Of a DNA stretch of 64,000 nucleotides, positions 24,101-38,314 are shown in pieces. A program made the translations under genes and the position numbers. Position 1 is the first letter of the stretch. Each line of letters starts with the position of its first letter. Under the pieces are notes generated by a model. It was not told the DNA's origin and did no database searches. It saw only the letters and a program-made list of their open reading frames with translations. The stretch is from NCBI RefSeq assembly GCF_001194135.2, contig NC_069007.1:11106488-11170487 (forward strand), written 5' to 3'. Source of the DNA: Octopus bimaculoides (Eukaryota).

Positions 24101-25996
24101 AATTGATTAATTTTATTTTGTTTTTCCTCCTCTTCAACGGACTGTCAATTCAAAATCCACCCAGGCCATTGTGTAGCAGAAGTGCGATAATAGAAAGGGG
24201 AGGGGGTGAAAACAACGAAGAGGAAAAATGAAACTGAAGAATTTGAGGTGTACCAAAATTAAATAGCAGAAAAAAAAAACTAAAGAAATGAACAAACACA
24301 AAGGTACAAAAAGGAACAAAAGAAAATTACAAAAGTTAACAAAACAATGTATAAGCACCGACATTCATAAGCGTCACCTCAGTTCCTTTTTNNNNNNNNN
24401 NNNNNNNNNNNNNNNNNNNNNNNNNNNNNNNNNNNNNNNNNNNNNNNNNNNNNNNNNNNNNNNNNNNNNNNNNNNNNNNNNNNNNNNNNNNNNNNNNNNN
24501 NNNNNNNNNNNNNNNNNNNNNNNNNNNNNNNNNNNNNNNNNNNNNNNNNNNNNNNNNNNNNNNNNNNNNNNNNNNNNNNNNNNNNNNNNNNNNNNNNNNN
24601 NNNNNNNNNNNNNNNNNNNNNNNNNNNNNNNNNNNNNNNNNNNNNNNNNNNNNNNNNNNNNNNNNNNNNNNNNNNNNNNNNNNNNNNNNNNNNNNNNNNN
24701 NNNNNNNNNNNNNNNNNNNNNNNNNNNNNNNNNNNNNNNNNNNNNNNNNNNNNNNNNNNNNNNNNNNNNNNNNNNNNNNNNNNNNNNNNNNNNNNNNNNN
24801 NNNNNNNNNNNNNNNNNNNNNNNNNNNNNNNNNNNNNNNNNNNNNNNNNNNNNNNNNNNNNNNNNNNNNNNNNNNNNNNNNNNNNNNNNNNNNGATAGAA
24901 ATAAACACTACATAGTGTAGTAGTAGTACTACCGCTAGGGTATCTGTAGAAAGTTGAAATTGATTTCGGAATATAACGAGGAAAAATTCGGATCTTGGGA
25001 ATTTTCCGAAAGTCCTCTCCTCACCTAAAGATTTCCCCCATAAATTACTTTATAATCGTAATGTATGCCGTTTGAAAGGTATTTATATAAAATTTCATTG
25101 AAAAAACCCCCATTTTCCTAAAAGTTACAAGGGAACAACTCAGATCGTGTAAGTTTTCCGACGTCCTCTCTTCCCTCCCGTTACTTTGCGCGCATTTTTT
25201 TTTCATATTCGTTTCCTACATATATTTTTACACCCATTGCACTATTTTTTTTTCTGATTTTCGTTTCCAGGTCAAGTTGTAAACATTAACCATAAACATT
25301 ATTATTGTTATTATTAATTTAACTTAAGTAATTTAAATACCGTGTGATTGGTGTTTGTTTTGTTTGTGAGTGGCGTGTATAAAGAGAGGCGTGTATATGT
25401 GTAGAGATGGTGTGTGTATATGCATATATGATATGTGTTTGTATCAATACCTACAGCACTCTTTAAAAGTGAAACCAAAAGAGACCCTAGACCTTCGAAC
25501 AAAAACAGATGACCCTGACAGAACCACCGCAAAAACTGATGATCTCGTACGCACCGTCGCAATGACTCTCCACGCTCGACAACCATCTTTCGCAATGATT
25601 GAATCTCGCGCATATAGAGAAGATCAAGTACACCTTCGAACAACGAACCTTCCACAAATCCTGAATGAATATTGATGCCTTGTCGCCTCAATTACTGCCA
25701 CATACTGTGCACATTTTTTACCATTGAAAAATTCAAATGCAGAGGGTTATTTTTCTTATCGCTGATTTTTCGGTTCAAGTCATTTTCTTATCGCTGATTT
25801 TTCGGTTCAAGTCAGTTTTCGACGTTCAAGTATTACCGACTGCCCTCCACTAATTTGGTCTTCCAAGCGTCCTCGATAAAGAATGAAATTAACTTAGCAA
25901 ATACCTTGTGGAAGTTATACTTTTATCTTTTGCGTGTTGGGAATAGCGTTAGATTGCAGCCAAGTATTGGTGAATGGCTAAGGACTTAATCCATTA

Positions 25997-26220
25997 CAGT
26001 AATCCCTCGACTATCGCGGGTGTTACGTTCTCAAAGTCCCCGCGATAGGTGACAATCCAGGAAGTAGAAACAGTACTATACTGTATATATTTTTAAAATT
26101 ATCTTAATAATTTGCATGTATTTATTTTATTATAAATGCAAAACAACACCACGGAGGAATCGACGTAAGCTTAGATAATAAACTGCGATAGGTGAACCGC
26201 GATATGGCGAGGGATTACTG
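25997..26220. mobile_element. Tigger/pogo-like (Tc1-mariner) MITE, 224 bp
   Basis: TIR CAGTAATCCCTCG..TATCGCGG / CCGCGATA..CGAGGGATTACTG; TA on the left, right TSD altered. Confidence 0.75.
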
Positions 26221-28001
26221 TTTTCCCAGATCAGTTTGTCGTAATGGAGAAAACTTGTAACCATCCCAGTTTTATTGGTCAGGCATGATGAGGTGTGATT
26301 TGAGGGAGATTTGCTTATTACAGCTGGTTATACGTAGCATAGACACCTTCAACCTTCATGACAATTTTATCGCCATCATTATCATTAAACGTCCGTTTTC
26401 CATGCTTGGCAAATGGAACTTGAACTTACATGTCACAACTGCCCTTAAGACAAATGTATTCAACAGAAATAATGCACTAATGAGTTGGAACTTCAGAATA
26501 AGTTTTACTTGGTAATATTTTATTCTCCAAAAATGGTTATAATTTTTGGAATTGGCACGAAAAACTGCAATTATGTAGATATTTTCAGTGAAACTGGATT
26601 GTATAAAAAAAAAAAAAGAAGTTTTTGAGAGAGATTTTTACCCCATTTTATTTCAAGATTTGCATATCTTAAATGGAAGATCTGAATAGTAAGGTTCATG
26701 TCAACACGCCTCCAAATGTTTTGCAACTATCAAAGCTTCTAATGGTTAATCTCTGATCTTTTTAACGATTGGATTTTTCGAACCCATTTTTTTCGGAGAG
26801 TTTTCGTCGTCTATTTTTGCCCTTTTAGTGATTGCCCTTGCACAATTAGGCCTTCTTTCACGCCAGCCTTTACAAGTTTTCTTTTTATCTGTCTTCCTTA
26901 AATATATTTTTCCTTTTCTTTCTANNNNNNNNNNNNNNNNNNNNNNNNNNNNNNNNNNNNNNNNNNNNNNNNNNNNNNNNNNNNNNNNNNNNNNNNNNNN
27001 NNNNNNNNNNNNNNNNNNNNNNNNNNNNNNNNNNNNNNNNNNNNNNNNNNNNNNNNNNNNNNNNNNNNNNNNNNNNNNNNNNNNNNNNNNNNNNNNNNNN
27101 NNNNNNNNNNNNNNNNNNNNNNNNNNNNNNNNNNNNNNNNNNNNNNNNNNNNNNNNNNNNNNNNNNNNNNNNNNNNNNNNNNNNNNNNNNNNNNNNNNNN
27201 NNNNNNNNNNNNNNNNNNNNNNNNNNNNNNNNNNNNNNNNNNNNNNNNNNNNNNNNNNNNNNNNNNNNNNNNNNNNNNNNNNNNNGCGGATTAATATTTA
27301 AAAATACCTTTTATTTTTGTAGAATCAGATTCTCCGTACTCGAAAATGGGGGATTCTATAAATTCTTTCTCAAATTCTTTCTCACCATCTCTTCCCTTAT
27401 TTTGGGAACCACAATTACATTGTTAACCAACAAGATTCTTTCGTCTGACTATTTAAGCATCTTTACTCTAATACTTCTAAATATCTTTCCTGTGTTTCGT
27501 TTTTTCATAATTATCCGACGATCGGAACCGAAGAACTCAGAGTAATGGTATGTGAAGTTTCAGCTTCCATTGAAATACGCAAACGCCCCACGATGAGCAA
27601 CAGGATAATTACATCTACCGTCTGTCGCACACCTACAACTGCTGTCACGATCATAAGATCTTTGGAAGTGATAGTGTATCATCGTCACTGACACGCTTGG
27701 TATCCGAATGCCACGACAACCGCCACCCGAGATTCACAAGCTGTTGGTGAAGACACCCACACAGTAATGGTGTGCAGTGGTGTTGCACATTTTCCAGAAT
27801 CATTCTTTTCCCAGTGATGGAGACAAATCTAGTGGCAGGGGTGATTCAATTCGATTGGTATCTCCTCTCAGCTGCCAAAGGTTACAGGAAACCGCCTGAA
27901 GCCTGACCGTCACATCTTGTTTCTTTCCTTCTCAGAATGTACTCTTTCAGCCTTTGGAAATACTTCCTTTTGTACTCTCCCATAAACTTTAAAAAAAAAA
28001 T

Positions 28002-28307
28002 TATTACAAATGGTGGAAAATTGATTTCCTACCATGTCTTATAATAGTAATAATGATGAGAAAGTCATAAAAATTAAGAATTTCTATCATAAAAAGCTTC
28101 ATTTCTCTATTATGTATATTCATGTCCCAGTTTGCTAATGTTAAGGCCTAAATTGCCTGACTCTACGAAATTTGCCTAACCTTGGGACATAAATACACAT
28201 AATACAGAAACGAAGTTTATTTAATAGAATTTTTCAAATTTTTATCACTTTCTCGTCATTATTGTTATAAGACATGTTAAGAAATCAATTTTCCACCATG
28301 TGTAATA
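28002..28307. mobile_element. Fold-back MITE-like element with ~130-bp inverted arms
   Basis: TATTACAAATGGTGGAAAATTGATTTC...CATGTCCCA mirrored by TGGGACATA...GAAATCAATTTTCCACCATGTGTAATA. Confidence 0.75.
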
Positions 28308-28842
28308 TCAATAAAAAGAAAATCTACAGGGGTGTACAAAAGGAAGTCTTTTCCACAAGGCAACACGTTTGTGTTGACAAGTTGTTTGTAGTATGGCCAA
28401 GGACCCCTATCTACTCCTTTCCTCTACAGATATTCTTAGAAGTAGGGATCTATTTAGCCCTAAAGTGCTTTTGCAGGGCTTTTTGATCATCATTTTGATT
28501 ATTTCTATGACCCCACCCCACTCCACCTCGCCCTATCTCTACAGTGTCGTTGATCCTTTATCGGGTTCATCGACCCTTTTGACAGCTCTTTCTTTTGCCC
28601 AGATGGATTTCTGGCAACTTTCCTCGCCTGGGTAGCATGGTTCTCGGTGAGTGCGGTGTGTTGCTTTAGTTGCTGACGACCCATTCATGTCACAGGTTCT
28701 ATTCCGTTATGTTGTTACCAGCACCAGTCACACACACATACACACACACACACTCGTATATAAGTGTATAGGTGTGACTGCCTCCTCGGCTTTTTGTGTA
28801 CGTCTATATGTGTGCGTGTGTGGGTATCTGTGCATTTATGTG

Positions 28843-28890
<48 letters not shown>

Positions 28891-29467
28891 TACACAGCTA
28901 TATCAAATCCACTTGTTGATCATTTAGCTTCTCCCTCACCGTCGACGAAACCCGCACCATCACAACCATCGTCATCACCGTGACAATTGTCCATCGGCTC
29001 TACCACCACCACCACCGTCATCATCATCATTGTCATCGTCATTTTCGTCCTATTGACGTTGCTGCTGCTGCTGCNNNNNNNNNNCGTCATCACCGTGACA
29101 ATTGTCCATCGGCTCTACCACCACCACCACCGTCGTCATCACCATCATTGTCATCGTCATTTTCGTCCTATTGACGTTGCTGCTGCTGCTGCTACTGATG
29201 GTGCTGCAGTTCTTATTATTACTACTGTTGTTGTTGTTGTTCCGTTTGTTGCTTTAAGTGTTGACGGAGTAGATGGTTTCTCCATAACACTAACGTCACA
29301 GCTCATTCTATACCACGGATTTATACGCACACGCACATACATACATACATACATACACACATACGCATATATATATTCATTCATAGTTACACACACATAT
29401 ACACACACACACACATATATATATATACATAAACACACATTCAATTATTACATTATAGCTAAATTAT

Positions 29468-29520
<53 letters not shown>

Positions 29521-29733
29521 CACACAAGCACGCATAATTACAAACAAACCGCTCACATATACACAAAGCACGCGCATCTAATTTTTAAACTATACGCACA
29601 CACCCGCATATACACATACATACACACGTATATTTACCTACCTACATATATATATATACCTACATACTTATATACATACACATTTATAACTTAGTGGTTA
29701 GAATATTTACAAATTTACCACTTGTCGGCGGCG

Positions 29734-29782
<49 letters not shown>

Positions 29783-30065
29783 TCGGGTTAAGCTGGTATT
29801 AGTCGTGGTGGTCATATAGTTTTCATTCAAACGGGAGAAAAAAAAATCTGACGTATGAAAAAACAAAAAGNNNNNNNNNNNNNNNNNNNNNNNNNNNNNN
29901 NNNNNNNNNNNNNNNNNNNNNNNNNNNNNNNNNNNNNNNNNNNNNNNNNNNNNNNNNNNNNNNNNNNNNNNNNNNNNNNNNNNNNNNNNNNNNNNNNNNN
30001 NNNNNNNNNNNNNNNNNNNNNNNNNNNNNNNNNNNNNNNNNNNNNNNNNNNNNNNNNNNNNNNNN

Positions 30066-30123
<58 letters not shown>

Positions 30124-30479
30124 TACAGACACATGCTCACACTTTCACGTATACATATATGTGTATGCACACGCACAAATACACACACACACACACACAC
30201 GTACAATAATACACAATAACGACAGTATATATAACACACGCTCATACTTACGTATCGGCACTTACACATACATGTATACACACACACAACAATTATTCTC
30301 CAATTACAACTACTACAACACTGAGGAGTAATTCTATTAACCGGATTCAGAAGACCTGAGGAGTATCTATAAAGTGGATAAAGAGAGGAAATAATCCAGG
30401 AGTATTTGTGATAGGAAGGAAGGAATATTTACGAAAGAAAGAACATTATGAAACTGTTTACTGAAGGTAGGTACTTGGT

Positions 30480-31282
30480 GGTGGCGTTGGTGGTGACGTG
30501 TGCTGTTTAGCCCAGGTCCGTCCTGAACGATCAGACCGATGATCAAAGGCATTCCAACCGTGACCATCGCTTGTTTTCCCTCTGTCCATGGAGCCCAGGA
30601 CTATATTAATCCAACTTGTTCTTTACTAAGATGTAAGGTGTGATTTGCATGTGAGATTTCGTTGTTATTTCTAGCAGGCCCAACACCCGCGTAAACCTAT
30701 TGTTTTTGTTGTTTAAAAAACCCTGTCAGCATTGATTTTACAGATTTGTGATGAAAGACAATCCATCCAACCGGGACCTCTCGTCTTTTTTTTGCTATCA
30801 TAGTATATCTAGGACTACATTAGCTAATGTGACCCTCATTCTTTTAAGATGCTAGAAAGTGTTTCGAATGAGTTTTGACTTATTTCTTGCATCTCTAACA
30901 TCGCCATAGAAGCTCTCGTGTTATTGATGTTTTTATAGCTGTTTAGCTCCCGGTGAGACTTGATCCAGCTGACCCTATCTTCAGAGACCTTCCAACCGTG
31001 CCTATATCTTCCTATTTTTCAGCAAAAGTATAACATCGGACCCCTAGTGTGTCTATTAAGACGATATGATGTAGAATTAGCTGCTATTTCTAACAGGTCG
31101 AGCAATTGCATTGAGGCCCCCTCGTTGTTATTGTTGTCAATCCCAGGCGAAATGCATTCCAGCCGTGACCATTTCGTCTTTTTTCCTCCCGTGTGTAATG
31201 AACCTAGTGTCCTATTCTAAGACTGTAGGCCATGATTTAATGATTTAGCTGCTATTTCTAGCACGCGGAGCGACCACATAGA

Positions 31283-31324
<42 letters not shown>

Positions 31325-31830
31325 TTCATGTAGTGTGGTGTGGTCGTGTCAGTTGTAATGTTTTTTTTTCTTCTGGCCTGATCTAGCAGACCTTTCTGTG
31401 ATCAAAGACACTCCAACCATGACTGTCCCATCGTCTTCCTAAGTGCAACGGCCCCAGGACCACATTATCAGTGAGTTGGGGAAGATCTTGGCTGTAGGTT
31501 GGGTGTTGTATTCGTCACCTACCTGTTGCTGTGATTGTCTGTGGTGGTAGTAGTGGTAGTCGTTGTTGTTGTTCTTGTCAGGTGTCGTGATGTTTCGCCC
31601 CAGATCAGCCCCAATTTTTTTTTTTCAGTCTTCTAGTCAAAAAGCATTCTTGCCGTGACTCTCCCGTCTTTAGAAGTATACAAAGCAATGTTATACGATG
31701 TCCTCTTTTCCTCTTCCCCAATTCAGCAGTGTGTGTGTGTGTGATGTGATGTGATTTGAGGGACATTTGGCTTCGATTTCTAGCAGTCCAGACGACCAGG
31801 TAGAGAACTCTTGTGTTTTCGTGTAGAGGC
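30480..31830 (-). mobile_element. Cluster of about six family D copies separated by (TTG)n-like tracts
   Basis: Recurring ATCAAAGRCA-TCCARCC-TGAC and GCTGCTATTTCTAGCAGG blocks at roughly 200-bp spacing. Confidence 0.7.
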
Positions 31831-32459
31831 TTCGACGAATGTTATTTCTGTTGTAATTTTTTGTGTTGTTGTATGGCGCTAGAGCGTAATGTACGAAGTG
31901 CAGTTGGTGTCAGGGTTTGGAGAGCAGAGCAGAGAGAGAGAGAGAGATAGAGACGATGATGATAATGGTGATGGTGATGGTGATGGGGTTGGTGATGATG
32001 ATGGTTGTTAGTGATGATGATGATGGTGAGTGAAGATGATGATTATTGATGTTAATGATGATAGTAACAGGAGTGATAAGGACGATAGTATTGATAATGA
32101 TCTTCGTTGTAGTGATGACGATGATGATGATAGTAATAGCGATGATAATATTGATAATGATGATTATGGTGGTGGCATAATGGTAATGAGTTAGTTGTAG
32201 AGGACGGTGACGATGTGTGTGTGTGTGTGTTTAAAGTTGTGTTAATTGCTTTAGGGTTTCTGGCATGGTAATGTGGTGAAGTGGTATGAAGGGTTAATGT
32301 GTGTTGTTGTTGTAGTTGCTGTTAGACTAATCTTTGTTCTGTCCATAAATATTTCGGTACCAGTGGGGTGGGGGTGGGGAGAGCGGATTAAAATGATGAT
32401 GATGATGGTGATTAGAATGATGATGATACCATTCTCCCAGCACACCTGTCTGGGGGGTG

Positions 32460-32685
32460 GGGAGCCTCTACTTGTGTGTTCAAACTTGCTAGAAATAGTA
32501 ATCAAAGCTACCTGAAATCAGACTGTACTGTCATTTTTTTTTTTAAGAAACATTTAATAATGCAGTGTTGGGCTCCCTGCATGTAAGAAAAAAAAATGAT
32601 GGAATGGTTATGATTGGAATGTCTTTGACCCATAACCAACTCAATCAAAGATGACCTGAGGTTAAACAACAACAACAACAACCAT
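32460..32685 (+). mobile_element. Family D copy with (CAA)n tail
   Basis: GGAGCCTCTAC...GCTAGAAATAG...GACCTGAGGTTAAACAACAACAAC. Confidence 0.7.
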
Positions 32686-32983
32686 CTCTTACAAAGCAAC
32701 CCCTCTTCATCCCTTCACAGTCTGGTCCCTTATACAACATGCCACCACAATTCCACTTACTTAAAACCACTGTCCTGCTCTGGACAACATATGACCACCA
32801 CCATCACTACTATTCACCCCTCCTCCAATGCTCTTCCTACAGCAGTCACCATTTCAATAACAGCCACAGAATAATGAAAATAACCATTTAATTCCATTCA
32901 TTGCTTTACAATCATCTGTTTTCTTCATTCTATATCTTTATCAGTTTTCTTCATTCTACATCTTTATCTTACTCCAGTTACCC

Positions 32984-33038
<55 letters not shown>

Positions 33039-33251
33039 CATATATATATGTTTATATGTATATGTGAAACTGTGTCTACCTTTTTGCTTACCTGTCTTCA
33101 TGATCATACACCTGTCTAAATGTCTATAGACCGGCCACCTTATCTGTGTATACCTGTCTATCAAATTATCAATCTATCTGCCGATTATTTTGTTTGTCTG
33201 TTTATGTGTGTGTTAATATGCATGTGTATGTGTGTAGACAGACACACACAC

Positions 33252-33332
<81 letters not shown>

Positions 33333-33611
33333 TACATACACACATACATAATACACACATACATATGCACATACATATACATACACGCATATACACATAT
33401 AAATAGTGATAGAAAATGTGTGTGCATATATATATATATATATACATACATACATATACACACACACACCAAATACACACACATTTCCACTCACACAGTT
33501 TCTCTTATATCTTAGAAACTACACCAGTGACCCTAGTTCAATAACTGATGCACCTACTTGGCAATAACATTTTATAAATCCTCTATTTTATGTACTGCCT
33601 TCTACTTCCAG

Positions 33612-33652
<41 letters not shown>

Positions 33653-33708
33653 TATATATATATGTGGTGTGTGNNNNNNNNNNTGGTGTGTGTGTGTTTA
33701 AATATATA

Positions 33709-33756
<48 letters not shown>

Positions 33757-34149
33757 ATCCACTTACATAAACATATTCATATTAAAACATGTAGAGAAGT
33801 GCACACAATCAAATTCACATATGCACACAAACACACTCATTCTGTAAGGTATTAAGTTTGAGCCAGTGAACATTTAATATCTTCCATACCACCACCACCG
33901 CTGCCGATGACGATGACACCACCATCACCACCACCATCATCATCATCATCCAAACCATCTACTTGGACCATCAAGTTATCTGTTGCTTGCTCACCTGTAC
34001 AACTGTTACTACTCCTCCTGTATGTTCTCACACCTGTAAATATTAGGATAACCTCAGCTCTGATGGATACAGAAACACAGGCAGTCACAAATATGCACAC
34101 ACACACACACACACACACACACAACTAATGCTATACTGCTGTCCTATGT

Positions 34150-34335
34150 AAGCTACGCTGGTAGAAATAGTAGCCAACTCCCTCATCATATCAAACCTTA
34201 CTTGCTTAAAAATTGGGAGCTATATGAGATAATGTAGTCCTAGATAAAGAAAAGATGGGATGCTCATGGCTGGAAGGTTTTTAATTATAGATCTACTGAA
34301 TCAGCTGACCTGAGACTAAACAACAACAACAATAG
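34150..34335 (+). mobile_element. Family D copy with (CAA)n tail
   Basis: GGTAGAAATAGTAGCCAA...GCTGACCTGAGACTAAACAACAACAAC. Confidence 0.65.
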
Positions 34336-35167
34336 TAATAATAACATCATAGTTTTACTTTGCTACACGGAGGGTCCAAACTGAATGAGATTCAGTGTGT
34401 ATATATACATATACATACATACATGTATATATATATATGTATATAAGAAGGGCAGTTCAGTTCAATTCATGTGTGTGTGTGTGTGTGTGTGTAGGGGAAT
34501 AAGTGTATAAAATATGTAAGTTTAATTGGGTGTGGATGTAGTGTTTTAACCAAAAGGCAGGACAGGTGGTTGGACAGCTCTTTGAGTAAAGGCATTTCAC
34601 CAGTGACCATTCCATCTTATTTTCCATTATAATACTGGAAATTTCCCAAGATACTACAGTGTATATGAGTGAGTTGAAGCAAATTTTTGCTGCTTGTTCT
34701 AGCATGTCAAATGACTGTCTAAAGGCTCATTCCTTTCCTAACACCCATCACTTGACAGAACTGCTTAGATTATACAAGAATGGTGGGTGAAATCAGTCAG
34801 TGGGGAGAGAGAAAAGATGGTGCTGACGAAGGGACAAAGTGAGCCCTAGGGGCAAAAGAATTGGAAGGGTAGCTGTAAGGGTGTTTGGAGGGATTGAGTG
34901 ATGGTTAGAGATGGGAAATAGGGGCAAATATACTGAATAATGAACAAGGATTGCAGTAGGGGAAGCGGGTGGTGATCAGAATGGGATGGAAGGTAGGGGA
35001 GAGTAGGTGATGACTATATAGGAGGAAAAATGTAGTGAATAAGTTGAGAGGCAGGTGAGGGAGAGTAGGTGATGACTGGCACGAGCAAGGGTGAAGAACA
35101 AATGAATAATAATAAAATAAACAAAAGATGGATGAGTGAAATGATGATTTTATATATATATATATAT

Positions 35168-35320
35168 AGTGGCTGTGTGGTAAGAAGTTTTAATTCCCAA
35201 CCACATGGTCCAGGGTTCAGTCCTACTGTGTGGCACATTATTGGGGAAGTATCCTCTATCATAGGTTTGGGCTGATCAGGACCTTGTGAGTGGATTTGGT
35301 AAATGGAAACTGAGAGAAGC

Positions 35321-35360
<40 letters not shown>

Positions 35361-35610
35361 CATATATATATATGTGTGTGGGTGGGTGTTTGTGTCTTTG
35401 TGACTGTGTTTGTCCCCTTCCCCATCATCACTTGACAACTGATGTTGGGGTGTTTGGGTCCCTATGAATTAGCGGTTCCGCAAAAGAGACCGATAGAATA
35501 AGTACTAGGCTTACAAAGTCCTGGGGTTGATTTCTTTGACTAAAACACTTTAAGGCGGTGCTCCAGCATGGCTGCAGTCTGAGACAAGTGAAAGTATAAA
35601 AGAGTATATA
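35168..35610 (+). mobile_element. Family A tRNA-derived SINE in a (TA)n tract
   Basis: Head GTGGCTGTGTGGTAAG...GGGTTCAGTCC, internal (TA)n, tail GCGGTGCTCCAGCATGGCTGCAGTC. Confidence 0.85.
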
Positions 35611-36398
35611 GTATTTATAATATATATAATTTATATATTTATATATATACACACACATACATTTATATATAAATACACACACACATATAGATATACATAT
35701 ATATAGAGTATATATAATATAAATAGTTCATATATATATATATATATATANNNNNNNNNNNNNNNNNNNNNNNNNNNNNNNNNNNNNNNNNNNNNNNNNN
35801 NNNNNNNNNNNNNNNNNNNNNNNNNNNNNNNNNNNNNNNNNNNNNNNNNNNNNNNNNNNNNNNNNNNNNNNNNNNNNNNNNNNNNNNNNNNNNNNNNNNN
35901 NNNNNNNNNNNNNNNTATATATACACACATGCATACATATTACTCATATATATATATATATATAGAAAGAGAGAGAGAGAAAGAGGGAGAAAGTATATGT
36001 AAATATATATACTTTATATATCAAATGTGTGTGTGTTTAATCAAACATAGAAATGTGTGCCTGTGCACAGAAACACGCACACAACACGTTGACATTCTCT
36101 CACAGACAACTATCTACACATGATGTATACACATATACACAAGCGCACATGTGATGTATTCAAACAGGTGCTACTTGTCGCATCACTCCCACCATCGCTA
36201 TGCTTTTTATACTGTCTATAAAAACTGACACATATATATATTTATATGTGTATGTTTGTATCTACGTATACACACAGCATTCTATTGTAATAATTTAGGA
36301 CACATCTTAACAATCAGATTGTATGTTCCTGTATACATATCCATCATTCCCTCTAATTATCACTTTACTGCTTTTAAATATATATAGACACACACATG

Positions 36399-36430
<32 letters not shown>

Positions 36431-36926
36431 NNNNNNNNNNNNNNNNNNNNNNNNNNNNNNNNNNNNNNNNNNNNNNNNNNNNNNNNNNNNNNNNNNNNNN
36501 NNNNNNNNNNNNNNNNNNNNNNNNNNNNNNNNNNNNNNNNNNNNNNNNNNNNNNNNNNNNNNNNNNNNNNNNNNNNNNNNNNNNNNNNNNNNNNNNNNNN
36601 NNNNNNNNNNNNNNNNNNNNNNNNNNNNNNNNNNNNNNNNNNNNNNNNNNNNNNNNNNNNNNNNNNNNNNNNNNNNNNNNNNNNNNNNNNNNNNNNNNNN
36701 NNNNNNNNNNNNNNNNNNNNNNNNNNNNNNNNNNNNNNNNNNNNNNNNNNNNNNNNNNNNNNNNNNNNNNNNNNNNNNNNNNNNNNNNNNNNNNNNNNNN
36801 NNNNNNNNNNNNNNNNNNNNNNNNNNNNNNNNNNNNNNNNNNNNNNNNNNNNNNNNNNNNNNNNNNNNNNNNNNNNNNNNNNNNNNNNNNNNNNNNNNNN
36901 NNNNNNNNNNNNNNNNNNNNNNNNNN

Positions 36927-37014
<88 letters not shown>

Positions 37015-37494
37015 GTACATACATACACACACATATATCTATATATATACTTCTTGTATGTGTGTTTGTTTGTATATATATATCATCATTTAATGTCTGT
37101 TCTCCGTGTTGGCATGGGTTGGACTCATTCACACATTATATATAAATATATATTTATTCTTCTGTGTGTGTGTGTACAGACACACACACACACATACACA
37201 CACAGAAGCACATAATCAGATATACGAGAATATAAACACTGAAAAATTGTTTGATGAAAATGAATATAATAAGAGATATATGTGCCTAGAACACACATAC
37301 ACACTGTGTTTGACGTACAAACATAAATGCAGGTAACATTGCCTGCCAATCACAGGTGAATATGACTGTATAGATCCATCGATCTTTATTTCATCTTTCA
37401 TTCTTTTATTCTGTCATTCCTTCATACACTCACCTGTTCATCACTATCTTATTTACTTGGCCTCTCCTGTCATCTCTCTGCAGTTTTACTGTGG

Positions 37495-37532
<38 letters not shown>

Positions 37533-37689
37533 CTATACACACTTAAACTGACGCATACACACTTGTGAATATATTTGTCATCATCATTTTAACGACTACT
37601 TTTCCATGCTTGCACGGGTCAGGTGAGAGTATGTTGGGGCAGTTTTCTCTGACCAAATGCTCTCACACTCTCTGTATATGTACATGTAT

Positions 37690-37848
37690 ATATATATGTA
37701 TACTGTTTGTCTGTCCGTCAGTCTATCTATCTATCTGTCTATGTATGTATGTATGTATCTATTTGTCTGTCTATCAGCTGTCTATCTATCTGTTTATCTG
37801 TCTGTCTATTCGTCCATCTGTCCGTCTATTCGTCCATCTGTCCGTCTG

Positions 37849-37886
<38 letters not shown>

Positions 37887-37996
37887 CAGCAGTCTATCTA
37901 TCTATCTATCTATTTATCTATCTATCTATTTACCAATCTATCTTTCTATTTATTTATCTATCTACCTTTCTATCTATCTATTTATCTATCTACCTT

Positions 37997-38027
<31 letters not shown>

Positions 38028-38032
38028 ATCTA

Positions 38033-38069
<37 letters not shown>

Positions 38070-38070
38070 A
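37690..38070. repeat. Compound (CTAT)n/(CTGT)n microsatellite
   Basis: Directly visible tetranucleotide array; explains the YLSI-type ORFs. Confidence 0.95.
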
Positions 38071-38246
38071 ACTCCCTAAGAAACTCTCTCCCCATGCTTC
38101 TCCAGAATAGTTAAAACTCTTGCCAGAGTTTGGTGAGCCAAAATATGTGCTGGTCGTTTAGGAAGCTGAGTGCTCATATGTAATATTCAACAGGAGATTC
38201 CATCATACATACATACATACATACATACATACATACATGCGAAAAT

Positions 38247-38314
38247 GGAGGTGCAATAGCTCAGTGGTCAGAGCAGTGAACTCGCAGTCATAGGATCACG
38301 GTTTCGATTCCCAA
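38247..38314 (+). mobile_element. Isolated tRNA-like SINE head (family E)
   Basis: A box TAGCTCAGTGG and B box GGTTTCGATTCC, with no SINE body following. Confidence 0.65.

Noticed and set aside
25560-25730. Possible Merlin/ISXO2 transposase C-terminus on the minus strand
   Set aside because: Only a loose NVHSMW resemblance; no catalytic residues or TIRs found.
28975-29190. About 100-bp tandem duplication and His-rich ORFs
   Set aside because: The duplicate flanks a 10-N join; the His/Ile runs come from (CAT)n/(CAC)n microsatellites.
32900-38080. Many 60-250 aa ORFs ([16 protein letters not shown], poly-X)
   Set aside because: Translations of (TA)n, (CA)n, (CTAT)n and N gaps; the same applies to similar ORFs across the window.
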